Of a stretch of DNA of 32,000 nt, positions 25,162 to 32,000 are shown one piece after another. The DNA is from Trichlorobacter lovleyi SZ (GTDB lineage Bacteria; Desulfobacterota; Desulfuromonadia; Geobacterales; Pseudopelobacteraceae). The stretch is taken from the NCBI RefSeq assembly GCF_000020385.1, contig NC_010814.1, forward strand, positions 3,840,001 through 3,872,000, written 5' to 3'. Positions within the stretch are counted from its first letter, which is position 1. Every line of letters starts with the position of its first letter. The notes beneath the pieces were generated by a model. The model ran no database searches and had not been told where the DNA came from. It worked only from the letters and a program-made list of their open reading frames with translations. The position numbers and the translations under genes were made by a program.

Positions 25162-26202
25162 ATGTCCTTCCGTACCATAGAATGGCGCGACGACGCCGTG
25201 ATCATGATTGACCAGACCCGCCTGCCGATGGAAGAGGTCTACCAGCGCTACACTGATTTTAATGCCGTGGCAGAGGCGATCAGGGGGATGGTGGTGCGAG
25301 GCGCACCTGCCATTGGCGTGGCTGCTGCCATGGGGGTTGCTCTGGGGGCACGGGAGATCATTGCCGACACCCAGGAATCGTTCTTCCGGCAGCTGGAAAA
25401 TGTCTGCGACGTGATGGCACGCACCCGGCCCACGGCAGTCAACCTGTTCTGGGCGATTGAGCGGATGAAACAGAAGGCACTGTCTCTCAAAGGCAACCCG
25501 CTGGAAACGATCCGGACCGGACTGAAGGAAGAGGCAATCCGGATTGAGGCAGAAGACCTGGCCATCTGCAAAAACATCGGCAGACACGGCGCAGACCTGA
25601 TCCCGGAGGGGGCAACCATCCTGACCCACTGTAATGCCGGCGGCCTGGCAACCGCAGGCTACGGCACCGCCCTGGGGGTAATCCGGGCTGCCCATGAGGC
25701 AGGCAAAAGGATTCAGGTCTTTTCCGATGAGACCCGCCCCTGGCTGCAGGGGGCCCGCCTGACCACCTGGGAGCTGATGAAGGACAGCATCCCGGTGACC
25801 CTGATCTCGGACAACATGGCCGGTTTTTTCATGTCGCGGGGGGAGATCACCTGCTGCGTGGTTGGCGCGGACCGGATTGCCGCCAACGGCGATACAGCCA
25901 ACAAGATCGGCACCTTCAGCGTGGCGGTACTGGCCAGAGAACATGGCATCCCCTTCTATGTGGCGGCGCCGGTCTCCACCCTTGACCTGTCCCTGGCAGA
26001 CGGCTCCAGGATCCCGATTGAAGAGCGCCCCAGCACTGAAGTCACCCATATCCGCGGTCTGCCGATTGCGCCGGAGGGGGTCAAGGTACGCAACCCTTCC
26101 TTTGACGTAACACCGGCAAAGTACATTACCGCCATCATCACCGAGTACGGCGTGGCCCGGGGTAACTATACACAGGAGCTGGCAGCCCTGGCTGCGGTCT
26201 GA
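25162..26202 (+). CDS. mtnA: S-methyl-5-thioribose-1-phosphate isomerase
   Basis: 346 aa from [40 protein letters not shown] and [18 protein letters not shown] are eIF-2B/MtnA family motifs. The ORF-track start at 24877 is antisense to the tRNA-like gene. Confidence 0.93.
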   Translation: MSFRTIEWRDDAVIMIDQTRLPMEEVYQRYTDFNAVAEAIRGMVVRGAPAIGVAAAMGVALGAREIIADTQESFFRQLENVCDVMARTRPTAVNLFWAIERMKQKALSLKGNPLETIRTGLKEEAIRIEAEDLAICKNIGRHGADLIPEGATILTHCNAGGLATAGYGTALGVIRAAHEAGKRIQVFSDETRPWLQGARLTTWELMKDSIPVTLISDNMAGFFMSRGEITCCVVGADRIAANGDTANKIGTFSVAVLAREHGIPFYVAAPVSTLDLSLADGSRIPIEERPSTEVTHIRGLPIAPEGVKVRNPSFDVTPAKYITAIITEYGVARGNYTQELAALAAV

Positions 26203-26203
26203 T

Positions 26204-29200
26204 ATGCCCGGCACCCGCTTTGACCATCGTTTTTCCTGGATCATGTCAATGGAGGATGAACCGTCCCGTGATCAGGAACTGATCCGGCTGCTGGAGCAGT
26301 CGGGCTTTGCCTATGGTACCCGTTCGGCAACCAACCTGTTGCTGATGGCCGGTTCTTTTTCCGTCGAACCGCTGTTGAAGATCGCCCTGGCAGCACTGCA
26401 TACCCCGTCGCCGGACATGGCCCTGAACGGTTTTGAACGCCTGGCCGGGATACTGGACCGCTCTCACCTGGACACTGTGCTTGCCAGCCGCAAGCGGCTG
26501 GGCCAGTGCATGTTCCTGTGCGGAGCGTCACCCTTCCTGACCAACCTGATCTTCAAGGAACCGGTCTTTTTCTCCCGCCTCTTTGCCGACAATGAGCTGG
26601 AGCAGTCACGGACCAGGGCGGAACTGCTGGCAGCCCTGCGCCGAAACACCCCTGACAACGAAGGACTACCGGGCTTGATGAAGGTGCTGCGCAGTTTCAA
26701 ACGGTTTGAGATCCTGCGGATTGCCGCCCGCGACCTGAACGGTCTGGCGCCGCTGGAAGAGGTGACCAGAGAGTTGTCAGATCTGGCCTCGGCGACACTG
26801 CAGGTTGCCTACGAGACCTGCCATCGCCTGCTGGTTCAGGAGTACGGCATACCGCTCAAGGAGACCTCTGACGGCCTTCGCCCGACCGTCATGACCATCC
26901 TGGGCATGGGCAAGTTTGGCGGACGGGAACTGAACTTCTCTTCCGATATTGACATCATCTTCTTTTACGAAACCGACAAGGGAGAAACCGCCGGGATTGA
27001 CGATGGCCGTGGCGGACGCAAGGGCGTGATCTCGCTGCACACCTTCTTCAACAAACTGGCGGAGCTGGTCACCAGGGCCATGAATCAGGTCACGGAAGAC
27101 GGCTTTGTCTTCCGGGTTGACGTGGGGCTGCGGCCGGAAGGGAAGTCCGGTGACATGGCCGTATCACTGCGTTCCGCCGAGATCTACTACGAATCCTGGG
27201 GGCAGTCCTGGGAGCGGACCGCCATGCTTAAGGCCCGCCCGGTGGCCGGTTCCCGGGAGCTTGGCGAGCAGTTGCTGCAGACCCTGATCCCCTTTGTCTA
27301 TCGCAAATACCTCGACTATACCCTGATTGAGGATATGAAGCTGATGAAGCAGAAGATTGACGCCTCTCTGACCCGCAGCCGCGAAGGAGAGATCAATCTG
27401 AAGCTGGGCAGAGGGGGGATTCGGGAGATCGAGTTCTTTATCCAGGCCCTGCAACTGGTCTACGCCGGCAAGATGCCACGGCTCCGTGAGCGCAACTCAC
27501 TGATTGCGCTCGATCTTCTGGCAGAAGCCAAACTGATCAGTGATGACGACCGGCAGCAGTTGAGCGAGGCCTACCGTTTTCTGCGCACGGTCGAGCACCG
27601 CATTCAGGTGGTGCAGGAGCGTCAGACCCACAGTCTGCCAATCAAAGAAGATGAGTTACTGGCCCTGGCCCGCCGCAGCGGTTTCCTGCGGGATAACGGC
27701 CTGCAACGCTTTAAAGAAACCCTGGAACAGCATCGCCAGCGGGTTGCCGCCATCTACGGCAGCCTGTTCCACAGCCGCGATGAACAGCTGCAGCAACAAC
27801 AGGTCAAACCGGAAATTCTCTATCTGCTGGATACCAAGGCCGAGCCTGATCTGGTCAAGGATATGCTGGCCGAGCGCCGGCTTGAGGATCCGGACCGGGC
27901 TTTTGAAAACCTGGCAATGCTGCGCAGCGGACCGATCAGGGGCAATATCACCGAACGCAACCGCCGTATCCATGCCCAGATCGCCCCGCCATTCCTGCAG
28001 GCCCTGCTTGAAGCAGCTGACCCGGATATGGCCCTGACACATGCCGAACGTTTTTTAACGGTGATCAGCGGCAGATCATCCTGCTACGCCCTGCTGGCTG
28101 AAAACCATGATGCCCTGCGTCTGCTGGCCACCCTGTTCGGAACCTCGGCCTTCCTGTCCAAGATCCTGATCGGCCATCCTGAACTGCTGGAATCAATGGT
28201 GGCCCACACCTATGCCTCCATGGTCAAACCGCGGGAGGTCATGGATGAAGAACTTTCCAGCCTGCTGTTGCAGGCGGAGGATTTCGAGGAACGGCTGGAT
28301 GTCTTGCGACGCTACCGCAATGAAGAGTTTCTGCGAATCGGCCTGAATGATATCCATGGCCACTTGGGACAGGGAGCGATTGCCTCCCAGCTTTCCTGTC
28401 TGGCAGAAGTCTGCCTGGAAGAGGCCTACCGGCTGGCCACCACCGAACTGGCCCGTTTCGGACGCCCCTGCTATCAGGACCAGGGCCAGCTCCACAGCGC
28501 AAGTCTGGCGATTATCGGCATGGGCAAACTGGGCGGTGAAGAGTTGAATTATCACTCAGATCTGGATATCATTTTTATTTACGACCATCAGGGGACCACC
28601 GACGGTGAAAAACAGATCAGCAATCACGAATATTTTGCCAAGCTGGCCCAGAAGCTGATCTCGATCCTCTCCACTGCCACCCGCGAAGGCTACGTCTACA
28701 AACTGGACACCCGGCTGCGCCCCTCCGGCAATGCCGGTCCGCTGGTCACCTCGCTGGAGTCATTCCTCTGCTATCATCGTACCGAGGCCCAGATCTGGGA
28801 ACGCCAGGCCATGGCCAAGGCACGGGTGGTGATCGGTGAACCGACCTTGCGCTCAAGCATTGACGCCGTTATCCGTCAGACCGTCTACGGCGCGTCACTG
28901 GGCGATGAAGGACGCCAGGAGATCCACCGCCTGCGGATGCGGATGGAGAACGAGATCGCCAAAGAGACCGCCGGTTCTTACAACATCAAGACCGGCCGTG
29001 GCGGTATGGTGGATGTTGAGTTCATCGCTCAGTACCTGCAACTGCGCTACGGCCAGCACTACCCCGAGCTGCGCACCCAGAACACGGTAGTGGCGCTCAA
29101 AGAGGTCCAGACCCTGGGCATTATTACCGGACAACAGGCTGACACCCTGATTGCCGGTTACAAATTCCTGCGTAAGCTTGAAAACCGCTTGCGCCTGTTG

Positions 29201-29407
29201 CACGACCATTCCATCAACGACCTGGCCGGAGACCAGCACTACCTGGACAAACTGGCACGGCGGCTGGCCTATGACCCGCGTCTGCGGCACCCCGGCGAGG
29301 CCCTTCTGAAGGATTATGAAGCCACCACCGAAGCGATCCGCGATGTTTATGAGCGGATTCTGGGGGAGCTGGCTGAAGAACATGTTACCGAGGAGAAAGA
29401 CCTATGA
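26204..29407 (+). CDS. glnE: bifunctional glutamine synthetase adenylyltransferase / adenylyl-removing enzyme
   Basis: 1067-aa ORF with two nucleotidyltransferase modules ([20 protein letters not shown] and [20 protein letters not shown]), each followed by a GlnE helical domain. The start is 1 nt after the mtnA stop; ATG 26243 is an alternative. Confidence 0.92.
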   Translation: MPGTRFDHRFSWIMSMEDEPSRDQELIRLLEQSGFAYGTRSATNLLLMAGSFSVEPLLKIALAALHTPSPDMALNGFERLAGILDRSHLDTVLASRKRLGQCMFLCGASPFLTNLIFKEPVFFSRLFADNELEQSRTRAELLAALRRNTPDNEGLPGLMKVLRSFKRFEILRIAARDLNGLAPLEEVTRELSDLASATLQVAYETCHRLLVQEYGIPLKETSDGLRPTVMTILGMGKFGGRELNFSSDIDIIFFYETDKGETAGIDDGRGGRKGVISLHTFFNKLAELVTRAMNQVTEDGFVFRVDVGLRPEGKSGDMAVSLRSAEIYYESWGQSWERTAMLKARPVAGSRELGEQLLQTLIPFVYRKYLDYTLIEDMKLMKQKIDASLTRSREGEINLKLGRGGIREIEFFIQALQLVYAGKMPRLRERNSLIALDLLAEAKLISDDDRQQLSEAYRFLRTVEHRIQVVQERQTHSLPIKEDELLALARRSGFLRDNGLQRFKETLEQHRQRVAAIYGSLFHSRDEQLQQQQVKPEILYLLDTKAEPDLVKDMLAERRLEDPDRAFENLAMLRSGPIRGNITERNRRIHAQIAPPFLQALLEAADPDMALTHAERFLTVISGRSSCYALLAENHDALRLLATLFGTSAFLSKILIGHPELLESMVAHTYASMVKPREVMDEELSSLLLQAEDFEERLDVLRRYRNEEFLRIGLNDIHGHLGQGAIASQLSCLAEVCLEEAYRLATTELARFGRPCYQDQGQLHSASLAIIGMGKLGGEELNYHSDLDIIFIYDHQGTTDGEKQISNHEYFAKLAQKLISILSTATREGYVYKLDTRLRPSGNAGPLVTSLESFLCYHRTEAQIWERQAMAKARVVIGEPTLRSSIDAVIRQTVYGASLGDEGRQEIHRLRMRMENEIAKETAGSYNIKTGRGGMVDVEFIAQYLQLRYGQHYPELRTQNTVVALKEVQTLGIITGQQADTLIAGYKFLRKLENRLRLLHDHSINDLAGDQHYLDKLARRLAYDPRLRHPGEALLKDYEATTEAIRDVYERILGELAEEHVTEEKDL

Positions 29408-30660
29408 CCATTGCAGAACAGGTTGCCACCATTGCAAAGAATGCCCGCCAGGCCTCCATCGCCCTGGCACGGCTTTCCACTACCGTCAAGAATGAGATGC
29501 TGCTCAAGATGGCTGATGCCCTTGAGGCCGGCACTACCGGCCTGATGTGCGAGAATGCCAAAGACCTGGCAGCAGGCAAGGAGAAGGGACTGTCCGATGC
29601 CATGCTGGACCGCCTGATGCTGGATGCCAAGCGGATCAAAGGGATGGCTGACGCCCTGAGGGAAGTAGCTTCCTTAGCCGATCCCGTCGGAGAAGTCACC
29701 CGAATGTGGAAGCGACCCAACGGCCTGATGGTGGGCAAGATGCGGATCCCACTGGGGGTAATCGGGATTGTCTATGAATCCCGTCCCAACGTGACCGCCG
29801 ATGCAGCGGCGCTCTGCCTCAAGTCCGGCAATGCCGTGGTGCTGCGGGGCGGCTCCGAGGCTATCCACTCCAACCGGGCCATTGCCGCCACTCTGCAGGG
29901 GGTGATGAAGGAGCTGGGGATCCCCGAGGCGGCCCTGTCGCTGATCCCGTTCACTGAGCGTGAAGGGGTGCTGGAGATGTTGAAACAGGAGGAGCTGATT
30001 GACCTGATCATTCCCCGCGGCGGTGAAAGCCTGATTCGCTTTGTGGTTGAAAATTCTCGCATTCCGGTCATCAAGCATTACAAGGGGGTCTGCCACCTGT
30101 TTGTGGATGCCTCGGCTGATTTTGAGATGGCCACCCGGATCATCATCAACGCCAAGACCCAGCGCCCCGGCGTCTGCAACGCCCTGGAAACACTCTTGAT
30201 TCACAAAGATGTGGCGGCCACCTTCATTCCGCCCTTTGCCAAGTCCCTTGGTGAGCTGCAGGTTGAACTGCGGGGAGATGAGGAGTTTCGGAAGTATGCA
30301 CCAGCGGCAAAGGTCGCCACTGAAGAGGATTGGGCTGCCGAGTATCTTGAGCTGATCCTGGCCTGCAAGGTAGTGGACGATATGGATGCGGCCATTGACC
30401 ATATCAATCAGTACGGCTCACTGCACAGCGAGGTGATTGTGACTCGTGATTATGCCAATGCCCAGCGTTTTATCCGCGAGGTCAACTCCTCCTGCGTGCT
30501 GGTCAACGCCTCCACCCGTTTTAACGACGGCGGCCAGCTGGGGTTGGGGGCCGAGATCGGCATCTCCACCACCAAGCTGCATTCTTTTGGTCCGATGGGG
30601 CTGGAGGATCTGACCACCACCAAGTTTATTGTGTACGGGGACGGACAGGTCAGGGCCTAA
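29404..30660 (+). CDS. proA: gamma-glutamyl phosphate reductase
   Basis: 418-aa ORF. Aldehyde-dehydrogenase fold with [27 protein letters not shown] and STRFNDGGQ(F/L)[10 protein letters not shown] motifs. ATGA overlap with glnE. Confidence 0.96.
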   Translation: MTIAEQVATIAKNARQASIALARLSTTVKNEMLLKMADALEAGTTGLMCENAKDLAAGKEKGLSDAMLDRLMLDAKRIKGMADALREVASLADPVGEVTRMWKRPNGLMVGKMRIPLGVIGIVYESRPNVTADAAALCLKSGNAVVLRGGSEAIHSNRAIAATLQGVMKELGIPEAALSLIPFTEREGVLEMLKQEELIDLIIPRGGESLIRFVVENSRIPVIKHYKGVCHLFVDASADFEMATRIIINAKTQRPGVCNALETLLIHKDVAATFIPPFAKSLGELQVELRGDEEFRKYAPAAKVATEEDWAAEYLELILACKVVDDMDAAIDHINQYGSLHSEVIVTRDYANAQRFIREVNSSCVLVNASTRFNDGGQLGLGAEIGISTTKLHSFGPMGLEDLTTTKFIVYGDGQVRA

Positions 30661-30762
30661 ACCAGAAAAGGTCATCAGCCGCAAAAGAACGCAAAGAAAC
30701 GAAAGAAAAACGTACGGTTAAAAATATTGACCCAAACACTATGCAGAGCGGATTTAGGCCGC

Positions 30763-30795
30763 TTCGAACAGGTTGAAGTTCTTTGTGATCCTTGC
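30763..30795 (-). repeat. 33-nt intergenic repeat, copy B (minus strand GCAAGGATCACAAAGAACTTCAACCTGTTCGAA)
   Basis: 30/33 identical to 193-225, in the opposite orientation. Lies between the convergent proA and FAD-oxidoreductase genes. Confidence 0.7.
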
Positions 30796-30818
30796 ACTCT
30801 TTAGCGGCCAGCGGTTTG

Positions 30819-32000
30819 TCAGTTTAACTGTTCCGCAATCTTATCCGCCACCCGCACCCCATCCAGGGCTGCCGACATGATCCCCCCCGCATAACCGGCC
30901 CCTTCGCCGCAGGGATATAGTCCCTGCAGCGTGGGGGACTGGCAATCTTCATTCCGCAGAAGGCGCAACGGGGCCGAGGTGCGGGTCTCCACTCCGGTTA
31001 AGGTTGCTTCCCGCGTCACAAACCCCTTCATCTTACGCTCAAATGAGACAATCCCCTCCCGCAGGGTAGTCGCCACATACTCCGGCAGCAGGGTTGCCAG
31101 ATCAGCCTCTACCACTCCGGGACGGTAACTTGAGCAATATCCTCCGGTGCCCTGACCGATAAAGGCCAGCAGGTTCTGGGCCGGGGCATGGTAGTTGCTG
31201 CCACCTGCCACAAAGGCTGCGCGTTCCCACTGTTGTTGAAAACGGACCCCGGCCAGCGGGTCTTTACCGTCAAAATCCTCCGGCCTGACATTGACCACTA
31301 AAGCACTGTTGGCACGACCGGAATCCCGTCCCAGGTTGCTCATACCGTTGACTGCTACCATCTCTGCCTCTGAAGAACTGGCAACCAGCAGGCCGCCCGG
31401 GCACATGCAGAAGGAGTAACAGCTGCGTCGGGTCAGGTCGTTATTGTAGGTCAGGGCATAGTCGGCCCTGGGCAGGGCCGGGTGGGGCTTGCCATACTGA
31501 ATCCGGTCGATCAGCTCCTGGGGATGCTCTACCCGCAGGCCGATGGCAAACGGCTTGGGCTCCATCACCAGCTTCTGGCGGGACAGCATGGCATAGGTAT
31601 CTCTGGCACTGTGGCCAACGGCCAGCACCAGATGTCTGCAGGCAAGCTCATCCCTCTGGTTGCTGCGTACGGCTCTGAGCTGGCCGTTGCTGCAGACCAG
31701 CCCGGTCAGGCAGGTGGAAAAACGCAGATCAGCGCCGTTTTCCAGCAGACCGGCTCGCAGGGCGGACACGACACGACGCAGCCGGTCCGTGCCGACGTGA
31801 GGCTTGGCCTGGTAGCGGATCTCCGGCGGTGCGCCAAAACGGATCAACTGATCCAGCACCCAGCCGGTGTTGGGATCACGCAGGCGACAGGTCAGTTTAC
31901 CGTCTGAAAAGGTACCGGCGCCGCCTTCTCCAAACTGGACATTACTTTCTGTATCAAGCTGACCATCCCGCCAGAAGCGGGCCACATCCTTAACCCGCTC
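30819..32000 (-). CDS. FAD-dependent oxidoreductase (COG2509-like), N-terminus outside the window
   Basis: The frame is open to the window edge. C-terminal GEGAGYAGGIMSAALDGVRVA and an internal CMCPGG resemble uncharacterised FAD-dependent dehydrogenases. The N-terminal dinucleotide-binding motif is not in the window. Confidence 0.75.
   Translation of the reverse strand, partial: ERVKDVARFWRDGQLDTESNVQFGEGGAGTFSDGKLTCRLRDPNTGWVLDQLIRFGAPPEIRYQAKPHVGTDRLRRVVSALRAGLLENGADLRFSTCLTGLVCSNGQLRAVRSNQRDELACRHLVLAVGHSARDTYAMLSRQKLVMEPKPFAIGLRVEHPQELIDRIQYGKPHPALPRADYALTYNNDLTRRSCYSFCMCPGGLLVASSSEAEMVAVNGMSNLGRDSGRANSALVVNVRPEDFDGKDPLAGVRFQQQWERAAFVAGGSNYHAPAQNLLAFIGQGTGGYCSSYRPGVVEADLATLLPEYVATTLREGIVSFERKMKGFVTREATLTGVETRTSAPLRLLRNEDCQSPTLQGLYPCGEGAGYAGGIMSAALDGVRVADKIAEQLN

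Noticed and set aside
25006-26244. Long antisense ORFs inside well-supported genes, for example 412 aa opposite mtnA, 273 aa at 1591-2412 opposite selB, 220 aa at 5679-6341, 275 aa at 17396-18223 and 260 aa at 18307-19089.
   Set aside because: These are typical shadow ORFs of GC-rich DNA. They are rich in Arg/Pro/Gly/His and low in complexity, and each is fully overlapped by a gene with clear family motifs.
193-30795. The inverted 33-nt repeats as terminal inverted repeats of a 30-kb mobile element.
   Set aside because: The interval contains core genes (rplU, rpmA, gpmI, nadA, proA, tRNA-Pro) and no transposase or integrase. A dispersed intergenic repeat is more plausible.
1-32000. CRISPR arrays, transposases, integrases, prophage genes or rRNA.
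   Set aside because: I saw no regularly spaced direct repeats, no recombinase-like ORFs and no rRNA-like sequence on either strand.

Overview
This is a 32-kb chromosomal window at roughly 58-60% GC. The gene content resembles a Desulfuromonadales/Geobacter-type deltaproteobacterium, but that placement is tentative. From about 300 to 24980 nearly every gene is on the minus strand and tightly packed, often with 1-8 nt stop/start overlaps. From 25162 to 30660 there is a plus-strand mtnA-glnE-proA block, followed by a convergent, truncated FAD-dependent oxidoreductase gene.

Housekeeping genes I recognise with confidence are selB, nfo, moeA, nadA, tRNA-Pro(CGG), rplU-rpmA, gpmI, mtnA, glnE and proA. 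Accessory content includes a VapC/Phd-type toxin-antitoxin (TA) pair, a HEPN/MNT pair, a macro-domain protein, a YajD-like HNH protein, an orphan OmpR-type regulator coupled to a MacB/FtsX permease, and a distant MacA-like adaptor.

Four items deserve a second look:
1. A 46-codon zinc-ribbon ORF (20296-20436, minus) has a strong Shine-Dalgarno (SD) site, an in-frame TGA and a SECIS-like hairpin just after it. It is a candidate unannotated selenoprotein, and selB lies in the same window.
2. A roughly 100-nt tRNA-like gene (24878-24979, minus) has a perfect T-loop, G73 and CCA, but a non-canonical stem layout and no clean anticodon arm.
3. A ten-gene translationally coupled operon (5721-14919, minus) joins four zinc-finger/B-box/RDD membrane proteins to a DUF4129-DUF4350-MoxR-DUF58-SpoIIM-like-RDD core of unknown function.
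4. A promoter-to-terminator structured leader sits in front of the MacA-like gene.

All calls come from reading the sequence and ORF translations by eye. No database search or folding program was run.
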